Shown in pieces: positions 19,422 to 28,376 of a stretch of DNA of 53,500 nt. Made by a program: the position numbers and the translations under genes. Position 1 is the stretch's first letter. The number at the start of each line of letters is the position of its first letter. This stretch comes from a virus (lineage: Duplodnaviria; Caudoviricetes): the IMG/VR virus record IMGVR_UViG_3300028840_003032, positions 1 to 53,500 of that record. One strand, given 5' to 3'. Below the pieces are notes generated by a model that did not search any database, had not been told where the DNA came from, and saw only the letters and a program-made list of their open reading frames with translations.

Positions 19422-20133
19422 GGCGGATGTAGAAGAGTATCGGCAACGCTCTTACGCGGCCGTTGTCTTAGGATGCAAGCGTTGCGCTGGTGCGGACGTC
19501 GAGTGCGGTTGCTTTGAGCGTCACTCCATCGCCGTCTCCGCTTATGAAGCTTGCGTGCCGAGAGATTTCTGGAATGTAAGAGCAAGCGACATCACGCACA
19601 ACAAGGAAGTCTTCGATGCGGTAGTCCGGAAGTACACCGAACGCCTCGACACCGCGCTCAAGAAAGGCTATGGGCTAGTCTTCTTGGGCGACAACGGCGT
19701 TGGGAAAACGTACCTCATCAGCTACGTTCTGATGAAGGCGATTCGCGCCGGTCGCAGCGCGTACTATACCACGATGCCGCAACTCGACCACAACATCAAG
19801 CGCGGGTTCGACAAGCCGGAAGTCGAAGAGCACCTATCATGGCTCCTCACTTCCGATTTTCTAGCGATAGACGAGTTGGGGAAGGAGCGTTTCAAATCCG
19901 GTAAGACCTCTTTTATGGATACGCAAATTGAGAGAATCCTAAAGCAACGCTGCGACGACTCGCTTCCAGTTCTTCTAGCAACGAACCTGGATCACGAGGC
20001 ACTGATTGAGTCCTACGGTCCAACGGTCGGGTCGATCATAGCGGGAAAGCTACAAGCGGTGGCGATGAAGCCGGGAGACTACCGCGCCAAGATGGCGCGT
20101 GAGATGTCGGGAGACATGGGGTATGGGGAGTGA
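19411..20133 (+). CDS. DnaC/IstB-like helicase loader ATPase
   Basis: N-terminal CxxC...CxC, Walker A GDNGVGKT, Walker B LAIDELGKE and 'ATNL'. Confidence 0.9.
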   Translation: MRTEADVEEYRQRSYAAVVLGCKRCAGADVECGCFERHSIAVSAYEACVPRDFWNVRASDITHNKEVFDAVVRKYTERLDTALKKGYGLVFLGDNGVGKTYLISYVLMKAIRAGRSAYYTTMPQLDHNIKRGFDKPEVEEHLSWLLTSDFLAIDELGKERFKSGKTSFMDTQIERILKQRCDDSLPVLLATNLDHEALIESYGPTVGSIIAGKLQAVAMKPGDYRAKMAREMSGDMGYGE

Positions 20134-21512
20134 AGTTCGATAAGGAATTTGAGGAGTCCATTCTAGCGCAAACGCTGCGTGATACGACGTACCTCAAGCG
20201 CGCATCGAGGCTACTAGACGCACATCATTTTTCGACGCCTCAACACGCGTGGGTATGGGCAGCGGTTCGTTCCATCTGGGAAGAGTACCGGGAACGAGCG
20301 ACCGCCAAGCTCATCATTGCGAAGGCGAAAGAGGACTTCAAAAAGCCGGAGCAGCTTGAGGTCCACATCGAGCTGGTCCGAAAGCTCTACAAGATAAAGC
20401 CTACAGCGGCCGTTGCGACGCTCGATCAAATGAGCGAGTTCGTTCGCACCGTCAACGCGCAACTCTCTATGGAGCAAGCAGCGACCGACTTGGAGAAAGG
20501 GAAGCTCACCGAGGTGTACGAAGGTCTGCGGAGGTTAACCCGCAAGGAGCTCAAGCAGAAGGAGTACACGAAGATAGACTGGATTGAAGGGTTCAAAGAG
20601 AGGCAGCGTGAGAGAAAGTACCGGAAGGATCATCCGGATGAGTTCGTCCGAATCCCTACAGGCTTCAAGAAGCTCGACTCAATTATCAAGGGCATAGAGC
20701 TAGGCGAGTTGGGGCTGGTCCTCGCCACGACGAACAAAGGCAAGAGCATCTTCCTCACGAACCTCGCCGCAGCAGCGGTGGGACGGAAAATTCCAACGGT
20801 CTATTTCTCGCTGGAGATGCCCGCACGGAAAATAGCGATGCGGCAAGACGCTCGATGGCTCAAGATGCCGTACGACAAATTCAAGGACTTCGACTTCACG
20901 AACCCGGAGTTGCGAGCGATAAAGAAGCGGCTCAAGGTGGCGCGGAAGAAGTGGAGCAGCGTCCTCAAGATCATCTCGTTTCCAATTGCGAAGGTAGACA
21001 TCAACGTAATTCGCAACGCGCTGGACGACCTATGGACGGAAGAGAAGTTCAGGCCGCAACTCATCCTCATCGACTCCGGAGATCATATGAACGGCGTGGG
21101 GCGTTTCGAGTCCTACCGATTGGAGCAGAAGTCGGTCTACATGGCGTTGAGTAGCCTCGCAGAAGAGGATGGGTACGCAATTTGGTCTTCGACTCACGCC
21201 GGTCGAGAGTGGGCCGACTCCGTTGCGACGGCTGAAGCATCCAGCGAATCCTACGACAAATCCAGAATTGCGGACATCGTCGTCTCACTCAACACGCCGA
21301 AGAGGAAAAGCCGATCCACCAAGGTGGAGTTCGACGTGGACGGGGAAGAGGTGAAGGAGGCGACGAAGTCACCGAAAGACTACCGTGCGATGGCGGTCGG
21401 GACGTACATTGAATTATTCCTCGCCAAGTACCGGGATGGGCTCGCAAGGATCACGATACCACTAGACGCGGAATTGAGCAAAATCTATATTCACGAGATG
21501 GACGAGAAGTGA
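20130..21512 (+). CDS. dnaB: DnaB-like replicative helicase
   Basis: 'IPTGFKKLD..IKG...GELGLV...NKGKS', 'YFSLEM', 'ILID' and 'AKYRDG'. Confidence 0.9.
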   Translation: MKFDKEFEESILAQTLRDTTYLKRASRLLDAHHFSTPQHAWVWAAVRSIWEEYRERATAKLIIAKAKEDFKKPEQLEVHIELVRKLYKIKPTAAVATLDQMSEFVRTVNAQLSMEQAATDLEKGKLTEVYEGLRRLTRKELKQKEYTKIDWIEGFKERQRERKYRKDHPDEFVRIPTGFKKLDSIIKGIELGELGLVLATTNKGKSIFLTNLAAAAVGRKIPTVYFSLEMPARKIAMRQDARWLKMPYDKFKDFDFTNPELRAIKKRLKVARKKWSSVLKIISFPIAKVDINVIRNALDDLWTEEKFRPQLILIDSGDHMNGVGRFESYRLEQKSVYMALSSLAEEDGYAIWSSTHAGREWADSVATAEASSESYDKSRIADIVVSLNTPKRKSRSTKVEFDVDGEEVKEATKSPKDYRAMAVGTYIELFLAKYRDGLARITIPLDAELSKIYIHEMDEK

Positions 21513-22522
21513 AGTTTGATATCACAGATTACGTTGAGAGCAATCTCGATAGCGTGAGAACGACCTCCAGCGGGGAGTTGATGGCGGAGTGCCCATGGTG
21601 CGGTCGCTATGGAGGGTTCTACGTGAGCCCAAAGACGGGAAACTACATTTGCTTTAAGTGCGACGAGAAAGGGCGCCATCTCGTTGGGGTGGTCGCCCAA
21701 GTCGAAGGTATCAGTTGGCGGGAAGCGAAGCGATTCATCCTCAAGCGGGCGGTCCAATTCCGTCGCAAAGAGACGCCGCAGAGCTTGCTAGAAAAAATCC
21801 AAGCGTTGCGCCCAAGCGATGGGAAGGGAAAATCCGACGATGAAGACGAGCTAGTGGAGGCGGAACTGCCCGAAGAATTCGTCCCAGTCTACAAGGACGG
21901 GCGTTGGAAATTTCCGGCGTATTTGAAGTTGCGAGGTATCAAACGCGAGACGGCGAAAGCGTGGGGCTTGGGCTTCTGTAACGAGGGCAAGTACGCAGGT
22001 CGAATTATCGTCCCAATTGAATGCCCGAACGGGTACTCATTCGCTGCTCGCGATACGACCGGAAAACAAGAGCCAAAAATCCTTCACCCCGAATACGCCG
22101 ATCACGGGAAACTTCTCATCGGATGGGAGCACATCCGACCGGGAGAAGATGTCGCAATCGTGGAAGGTCCGTTCGACGCGCTCAAGTGGTTTCAGCACGG
22201 CATTCGAGCTATCGGTTTGGGAGGAAAAACGCTCCATGAAGAGCAACTAGAAATGCTCTTGAAATTTCCCTCCGACACGAGCATAATCGTCGCACTCGAC
22301 CCGGACGAAATCGAAGGCCCATCGCTCGTGGCGCAGCAACTCATTTCGCATTTCGAAAACGTCTACATTGCGGAGCTTCCGGAAGGAATCGACCCAGGGG
22401 AAACGACGAAAAAGCAAGCGAAGGAAGCGTGCGAATGCGCGCATCTATATAGAGGCAAACAAGAGCTTTTGTCGGCTAAATTAAGGGTTTCAAGGAAAAA
22501 GTTAGAGGGAATTTACCAATGA
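21509..22522 (+). CDS. DnaG-type DNA primase (Zn finger plus TOPRIM)
   Basis: CPWC...CFKC zinc domain, 'IVEGPFDA', 'ALDPD' and 'GIDPG'. Confidence 0.9.
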   Translation: MKFDITDYVESNLDSVRTTSSGELMAECPWCGRYGGFYVSPKTGNYICFKCDEKGRHLVGVVAQVEGISWREAKRFILKRAVQFRRKETPQSLLEKIQALRPSDGKGKSDDEDELVEAELPEEFVPVYKDGRWKFPAYLKLRGIKRETAKAWGLGFCNEGKYAGRIIVPIECPNGYSFAARDTTGKQEPKILHPEYADHGKLLIGWEHIRPGEDVAIVEGPFDALKWFQHGIRAIGLGGKTLHEEQLEMLLKFPSDTSIIVALDPDEIEGPSLVAQQLISHFENVYIAELPEGIDPGETTKKQAKEACECAHLYRGKQELLSAKLRVSRKKLEGIYQ

Positions 22523-22567
22523 TTACAGGAGGTTAAAACTTTTTTCAATTAAGTTGGTAAATTCCCT
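22506..22567. repeat. 14-bp perfect inverted repeat AGGGAATTTACCAA / TTGGTAAATTCCCT
   Basis: Arms at 22506-22519 and 22554-22567 with a 34-nt AT-rich spacer. The right arm abuts the promoter -35. Confidence 0.8.
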
Positions 22568-22634
22568 TCCCTTTTAAATTGAAAAGCCCTATATTTAATG
22601 TATGGAGAAGAACTCAAAAAAAAGGAGTCCAAAA
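22567..22634 (+). promoter_or_regulatory. Putative early (sigma70-like) promoter, copy 1
   Basis: TTCCCT-17bp-TATATT in an AT-rich island. The block ATTGAAAAG..CTA.ATTT.ATGTATGGAGA...CTCAAAAAAAAGG is shared with 49802-49849. Confidence 0.6.
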
Positions 22635-22976
22635 ATGACGACGAACCTTGACGTGATTTTCTACACGACGGCCACGGGGAATCTCGGCGCTAGTCTCGAC
22701 GGGGAGATTTTGGTGAACCACTTAGGTCGCCGCCTCCCTATTTCCGACGCATGGCAGGAGACGGACGCCGAATTAGACGACCTTACCGACGAGTGTTGGG
22801 AGGCTATCGAAGAAGAGGCGGACCGGGAAGAGAGGATAGCGGCGAACCGGGCGGAAGTTCCGAAGCGGATAAAAGCGAGGAAAGAAGCGAGGCGGAAAGA
22901 GAACCGGAGAGTGATGGTGGATTTCGTCGCGTATTACGAAAAAATTATCGCGGCCGGTCTCGCCAGGAGTCGTTAA
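22635..22976 (+). CDS. Hypothetical early protein
   Basis: RBS motif AAAGGAGTCCAAAAATG; first gene after the promoter. Confidence 0.7.
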   Translation: MTTNLDVIFYTTATGNLGASLDGEILVNHLGRRLPISDAWQETDAELDDLTDECWEAIEEEADREERIAANRAEVPKRIKARKEARRKENRRVMVDFVAYYEKIIAAGLARSR

Positions 22977-22986
22977 AAAAAAGGGA

Positions 22987-23050
22987 AACGGGGGACGGGG
23001 AAACCCCCTTACACACAGCCCGAAAAAGGGCGAAAAAAAAGGAGTCCAAA
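22987..23050 (+). promoter_or_regulatory. Conserved two-hairpin intergenic element plus RBS, copy 1
   Basis: GGGGG-acggggaaa-CCCCC, ttacacaca, GCCC-gaaaaa-GGGC, A-run, GGAGTCCAAA. Near-copy at 50082-50142. Confidence 0.7.
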
Positions 23051-24238
23051 ATGGGGAAAGCAAGAAACGAATTAGACGATGATGGAAGGCGAAAGGTAGA
23101 ATGTCTTGAGTGCGGCGGGAAATACTACCATCGCCTTGACGTCCATCTCCCGGCGAAGCACAAGATCAAGGTAGCGGATTACCGGGCGAAATATCCCGGC
23201 GCCGCCACCATGAGCGAGTACGCGAAAGAACGCGCCTCCAAAGCCCAAAGCGGCCGGGGAAAAGTCGCCGCCCCGAAGACGCCCACGACGCACACGGAAA
23301 AGGCCGAAGAAACTCGCATCGAAGTTGAGGGCGAGTATCGCATCGGCGTTGCGCGCCTCCACAAGAGAGACGACCTCACAGAGCTGGACAAAGCCTACGT
23401 CCCGAAGCACGACGAAAATTACATTTTCGGGGACGTCGAAATGGAGAACTGGGAGGATGTCGCGGTGGGCATCGAAGACGGCGAACCCGTCTACATCGGC
23501 GGACCGACCGGGTGCGGCAAGACGATGGGGGTGATGGAGATGGCGGCGGTCCTCAATCAACCCGTTCGGCGCGTCCAGTTAAACCGCGATTTCAAGGTGG
23601 GGGAATTCGTGGGACGCGGAACGCTCGTCACGGACGATGACGGGAACACGATCACGGGGTGGAAGGACGGCGTGCTGACCGAGGCGATGAGGAACGGATG
23701 GTGGCTCTTGCTCGACGAAATCGATCAGTCGCATCCCGACGTTCTGATGAAGCTTCAAGCGGTGCTCGAAGGGTCGCCGCTGGTCCTCACCGAGAATTTC
23801 GGGGAGGTCGTTCGACCTCATCCCCGGTTCCGGGTCATCGCGACGGCGAACACTTTCGGACGCGGCGATGAGGCGGGTTTGTACGTCGGAGCGAAGGTGA
23901 TGAACGAGGCGATGATGGACCGCTTCGGAGTCGTCATCAAGGCCGAATACCCGAAAGCCGAAACCGAGGTCACGATCATTTCGCGTCGCACGGGACTCGG
24001 GAAGCGCGAAGCGATGAAGATGGTGAAGGTCGCGCACAAGGTTAGGGAGGCGCTGGAGAAAGAGGAATGTTGTTGTACGTTCTCGACCCGTCGCCTGGTC
24101 GCCTGGGCGCACAAGACGGTTCGCTATCGGGGAGACGCGCGCAGGGCGTCGAAGACGGCCATCTTGAATAAGATGGAGACGGAGGATGCCCGCTTCGTTA
24201 ACCACCTGGTCCAGCGCTACTTCGGCGGTGAGGTATAG
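23051..24238 (+). CDS. MoxR/CobS-like AAA+ ATPase with an N-terminal C2H2 (Ros/MucR-like) zinc finger
   Basis: GPTGCGKT, LLLDEID, 'HPRFRVIATANT' and 'FSTRRL'. N-terminal CLEC..YHRLDVHL..KH. Start at the RBS motif (23051). Confidence 0.9.
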   Translation: MGKARNELDDDGRRKVECLECGGKYYHRLDVHLPAKHKIKVADYRAKYPGAATMSEYAKERASKAQSGRGKVAAPKTPTTHTEKAEETRIEVEGEYRIGVARLHKRDDLTELDKAYVPKHDENYIFGDVEMENWEDVAVGIEDGEPVYIGGPTGCGKTMGVMEMAAVLNQPVRRVQLNRDFKVGEFVGRGTLVTDDDGNTITGWKDGVLTEAMRNGWWLLLDEIDQSHPDVLMKLQAVLEGSPLVLTENFGEVVRPHPRFRVIATANTFGRGDEAGLYVGAKVMNEAMMDRFGVVIKAEYPKAETEVTIISRRTGLGKREAMKMVKVAHKVREALEKEECCCTFSTRRLVAWAHKTVRYRGDARRASKTAILNKMETEDARFVNHLVQRYFGGEV

Positions 24239-24245
24239 AAAGGAG

Positions 24246-26420
24246 ATGGAGACGATGTCTAAGAGAAAATCGAATCTACTCCTTGGGGACTTCGAAAAAG
24301 TAGCGCGGGCGATGGCCGGTCGCTACGACATCAAGGTGGTCGCTTCCAACGCTTGCGCGACGGACGGTCGCACGATTTACTTCCCCTCAAACGCGGACGA
24401 TTTCGACGCGCATACGCTCAATCAGTTGAGCGGCTACAACGACCACGAGGTGGGGCATATCCGCGAAGAGGACCGCCACGCACTCGCCGGGAAGGAGACG
24501 CCGATCACGATCATAAGTCGCCTTCCGACGTCGAAGCAGAAAATGTTCTTCAATATCTTCGACGACATCCGGATGGAGCGACGGGAAGCGCAAGAGCACG
24601 TGGGCGTCGCAGAGAATCTTCGCGCATCGGCCGATTACTGTAAAAAGGTAATCGCGAAAGAAGCGAAGCGCGGCAAGGTCGATTTCTGGAGGGGACTCGG
24701 GACGGGCATCCTGGCGAAAGCCCACGGGCAGAAGGCGAGCTGGCTCACGCCCGCCCATAAGCCCTACATGGACGCAATCGAAGAGGAGATTGAGGAGTGC
24801 TGCGACATCACGAAGACGGTTTGGGGTTCGGACGTCGAAAACCTCGTTGAGCGCGTCCTCATCAAGCTGAACGAGACGGCTGAGGCGCTGGAAGAGGAGA
24901 AAGAGCGACGGGAAGAGGAGAAGAAGCGGAAAGAGGAAGAAGAGAAGCAGGAGCAGGAGGGTGAGGAGGAAGGGAGCGCCGGGGAAGGCGACGAAGAGGG
25001 TGGCGAGGAAGGTGAAGAGGAGAGTGAGGAGAACGGCACAGGAGATGAGATGGAGGAGGGTGAGGGCGACGGGTCAGGGACGGGCGCTGGCGATGAGGAG
25101 GGAGAGGAAGAGGATGGCGAGGGTGCGGCCGACTCGGACGGGACCGATGACGGAGAAGACCTTGGGGCGAGCGATGGCGAGGACGGCACGAGCGAACCCG
25201 GAACGCCGGATGCGGGCGAGGGTGAGGAGAACGGCAGCGAGGATGGGGCGGACTCCGATGAGGGCGCCGATACCGACGACACCACGGGAAGCGATGGCGC
25301 GGACGCTAGCGGCAAGGAGTCGAAGCGGAATCAGAATCTGGACGACGAAGACGATGGCGGGGAGTTCTCCGACCTGAGCGATGAGGAGCTGGAAGAAGCG
25401 GCGGACCTGGCCGATGAGGTTGCGAAGGACGCGGCGACCGACGACCTGATGGATGAGCTCAAAGACGAGATCAACAAGAAAGCGAAAAGCGCTCACGAGC
25501 GCACCGGTCGATACGCGGCCACGACGCAAGCGTTGAAAGAGGATGAATGGTTCGCGCCTCACAAGGATGAGGCCGCATACGAGGCGGCGAAGAAGACCGT
25601 TGCGCCGCAGATCAAGGGGATGAAGTCGAAGCTCATCAACCTCATCCGGTCTCAGGCGGAAGATACGATGGTGGGGGACCGGGAAGAGGGAGACTTGGAC
25701 GATGACGCTCTTCATACCGTCCGGACCGGGAACCGGAGAGTGTATACCCAGCTGGTGAACGGGACTCCGCTGGACACGGCGGTTTCTATCCTCATCGATC
25801 AAAGCGGGTCGATGGGAGGTAGCCGGATCAAATGCGCGAGGGAGATGGCGGTGGCGTTGGGCGAGACGTTCAACGCTCTGGGCGTACCTTTCGAGATCAT
25901 CGGGTTTGAGAATCGTTACCTCAAGCACGGTCGCTCGATCACTCAAGGCGAGGCCACGAACCCTTCGCTCAGGAAGAAGCGTTACAACTTCCGGACCTTC
26001 AAGACCTTCGATGAGTCCTATCGCCGCGTGAAGGCTCGCTTGGGAAATTGCCACGCCCACGGCGATAACGCCGATGGCGAGGCGGTGCTTGAGACTGCGA
26101 AGCGTCTTATCGTCCGCCCCGAAAGTCGCAAGCTTCTTTTCGTCCTGAGCGACGGTCAACCCGCTTGCGCCGGAACTAGCCGACACGTCTTGGCGAATCA
26201 CCTCAAGGAGGTTATCGAGAAAGTGACCGCAAGCGGAATCGAGGTCATCGGAATCGGTTGCGAGTACGAAGGCGTGAAAGAATACTATAACGAAGAACAC
26301 GGCGCCTCTCACACCGTTGTTTACGACGTCCAGAAACTGGCCGTCAAGGTCTACAAGATCATGAAAGATCAACTGCTGGGGAAAGGTCGGAAGCGCGGCC
26401 GGAAAGGAGCTGCGGCATGA
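24246..26420 (+). CDS. CobT-like VWA protein (N-terminal HExxH, acidic linker, MIDAS); start 24246 or 24255
   Basis: 'ATDGRTIY', 'DHEVGH', a long D/E/G linker, 'LIDQSGSM' MIDAS and 'VLSDGQP'. Confidence 0.9.
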   Translation: METMSKRKSNLLLGDFEKVARAMAGRYDIKVVASNACATDGRTIYFPSNADDFDAHTLNQLSGYNDHEVGHIREEDRHALAGKETPITIISRLPTSKQKMFFNIFDDIRMERREAQEHVGVAENLRASADYCKKVIAKEAKRGKVDFWRGLGTGILAKAHGQKASWLTPAHKPYMDAIEEEIEECCDITKTVWGSDVENLVERVLIKLNETAEALEEEKERREEEKKRKEEEEKQEQEGEEEGSAGEGDEEGGEEGEEESEENGTGDEMEEGEGDGSGTGAGDEEGEEEDGEGAADSDGTDDGEDLGASDGEDGTSEPGTPDAGEGEENGSEDGADSDEGADTDDTTGSDGADASGKESKRNQNLDDEDDGGEFSDLSDEELEEAADLADEVAKDAATDDLMDELKDEINKKAKSAHERTGRYAATTQALKEDEWFAPHKDEAAYEAAKKTVAPQIKGMKSKLINLIRSQAEDTMVGDREEGDLDDDALHTVRTGNRRVYTQLVNGTPLDTAVSILIDQSGSMGGSRIKCAREMAVALGETFNALGVPFEIIGFENRYLKHGRSITQGEATNPSLRKKRYNFRTFKTFDESYRRVKARLGNCHAHGDNADGEAVLETAKRLIVRPESRKLLFVLSDGQPACAGTSRHVLANHLKEVIEKVTASGIEVIGIGCEYEGVKEYYNEEHGASHTVVYDVQKLAVKVYKIMKDQLLGKGRKRGRKGAAA

Positions 26421-27526
26421 CGGTTCATTTCCCGAAAGGCGCCCGGTGTCCCGACGAATACCACGAGATGTGGCCGCAACTCGAAAAGCAAATGCTCCCC
26501 TACATCAAAGCAAAAGCGAAGCGCATCAAGACGTTCACGGGCGGACTCGATATGGACGACGCAATTCAAGAGGGACGTCTTGCGCTACTCTCGGTCATCA
26601 TCAAGGGTAAATACGACTACACGAAAGGCGAGTTGGGGAGGTACATCGGGAAGGTTCTCGACAATACGTACCGCAGCATGCTCTATCAAATGCTAAGCCA
26701 GACTAGGATGCCGCGCGCAATCGTGAGGGGAGACGGCGGGGAGTGGGTGGAACTCCCGGCTCCACCGATGTCTCTCAACGGCTTAGAGGCGGACCCAGGA
26801 GGATGGGGCGATGACGTCGGGAATCGAACTGCTCTCTCAAAGGCGCTCACCGAAGCGGAAGTCCCAACGCCGGAAGGGTTCATCGAGTATCAAGAGATGG
26901 AGGAGCAAGCGAAGATTTTTAAACTCAAGCTTCTCAATAGCCTGAAGGGGAGGGACAAAAAGGTTTTCGAGTGCCGCACAAATCCGCCCGTCGATTTTCT
27001 CAAGATGGTGGAGAATATCGGCGGTGATATCTACAATCCCACGATACCTCAGATTGCGGAATACCTGGGCATCAATAAGAATGCCGTTGACTATTCGATT
27101 AGCAAGATCAAATCGGTATTTACGCGCATGGCGCGCCAAGAAGAATTCAGCGACCTTTTTGGAGAACGGTTAGAGACGAAAGAGTGGCCGATGATAAGAA
27201 TGAGTAGGACAGCGAAGCACGACCGCGAATTTGTACGACGAATCATCCAACAACGAGAACTGGACCCCAAGCCGGTCGAAGGGTACGAGAGTGAACCCGA
27301 CTTCTATCAAAAGGCGGGGATGTATAGTCGGCTCATCGAGCGATACCCTTGGGGAGTGGTTCTGGTCGTTAGGAGGAAGGGCACTTGGAGGACGATGGTC
27401 ATCGAGTGTACCGCTTTCAACTCTTCTAGCGGTTCGATTTCGGGAGAACGGGGGACCAAAGAAAAAGTCCCCGTGAAATGGTATCCTCAATTGGTGAAAG
27501 CCTTAGCAGAAGGGACGAAGTCATGA
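26417..27526 (+). CDS. Sigma70-family phage sigma factor with a C-terminal extension
   Basis: Region 2 'DMDDAIQEGRLALL...YD..KG....Y' and region 4 HTH 'TIPQIAEYLGINKNAV'. Confidence 0.75.
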   Translation: MTVHFPKGARCPDEYHEMWPQLEKQMLPYIKAKAKRIKTFTGGLDMDDAIQEGRLALLSVIIKGKYDYTKGELGRYIGKVLDNTYRSMLYQMLSQTRMPRAIVRGDGGEWVELPAPPMSLNGLEADPGGWGDDVGNRTALSKALTEAEVPTPEGFIEYQEMEEQAKIFKLKLLNSLKGRDKKVFECRTNPPVDFLKMVENIGGDIYNPTIPQIAEYLGINKNAVDYSISKIKSVFTRMARQEEFSDLFGERLETKEWPMIRMSRTAKHDREFVRRIIQQRELDPKPVEGYESEPDFYQKAGMYSRLIERYPWGVVLVVRRKGTWRTMVIECTAFNSSSGSISGERGTKEKVPVKWYPQLVKALAEGTKS

Positions 27527-28374
27527 GCGACGTTTCCGCACCTCCCCTTTCGCATTGTATCGGGGAATACGAGAACGGAGATTCAACATGCGACGGCGGG
27601 GACGGGGAAGCACCTTGCTCGTGGAAGGAACGTTGCGCCGCGTTCCAGCTACACCTTACAAAGACCGGCCAGCAAGCGAGTCGCTATGTGAAGTACGGCG
27701 CAAAGAAGACGGACGGCGACACGCATTACTACGCTGAGCCCAAAACCTCGTTGGAGGAGTTCGCCCGATTCTGCGATGGCCTCATCGGCAAGGAGACGAA
27801 GACGCAAGCGCCGGTCGTTGAGGAGGAAGAAGAGAAGAAGAGGAAAACGAGAAGCGATAAGTATGGTCACGACAAGCGCCGGGACGGACCCTCAGCAAGG
27901 GCCAAGCGGGCGGCAGCGGCATCGCTCAAACGCAGAGCGAAGGAACGCCGGGAAGCGCTGTACAAATTGTTCGACGGTTTCAAGAACCAACTCGTGGAGG
28001 AGTTAGACGGACCGGAGTTTGCGCCGGCAGGGTTGCCCGTCTCCCACGGGTTTCTCTACATCTCGGACAGGACGTCCTCAAGCAACTACCTTTCGGTGTA
28101 CTGCCGCACGATGAACGGATGGGACGCGCCTCTCATCATGCTTACCTTCCGGACGTCGCAGCTCAAGTTCCTCGCGCAACTTCCGGTTACTCCGGACGTG
28201 CTCGCAACGGCGATGTCGAAGAAAGACTTCAAGAAGCTGAAGCCCAAAGATACGGACGAAGGACGTTTCAGGAGCGCAATCGAAAACGTCGGCAAGGCGG
28301 AATTGTCCTTGCTCGCGGAAGTTATCGCCAAGCTGGTCAATGGCGGTAAAATAGAATTGCCCGAAGCGAGGTGA
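27523..28374 (+). CDS. Hypothetical protein with an N-terminal Cys cluster
   Basis: ATGA-coupled to the sigma gene; C-x10-C-x8-C-x5-C. Confidence 0.7.
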   Translation: MSDVSAPPLSHCIGEYENGDSTCDGGDGEAPCSWKERCAAFQLHLTKTGQQASRYVKYGAKKTDGDTHYYAEPKTSLEEFARFCDGLIGKETKTQAPVVEEEEEKKRKTRSDKYGHDKRRDGPSARAKRAAAASLKRRAKERREALYKLFDGFKNQLVEELDGPEFAPAGLPVSHGFLYISDRTSSSNYLSVYCRTMNGWDAPLIMLTFRTSQLKFLAQLPVTPDVLATAMSKKDFKKLKPKDTDEGRFRSAIENVGKAELSLLAEVIAKLVNGGKIELPEAR

Positions 28375-28376
28375 CC

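Noticed and set aside
22751-23050. N-terminal extension of the MoxR ORF as given in the ORF track
   Set aside because: It overlaps the upstream gene and the structured intergenic element. The real start is at 23051, after the GGAGTCCAAA RBS.
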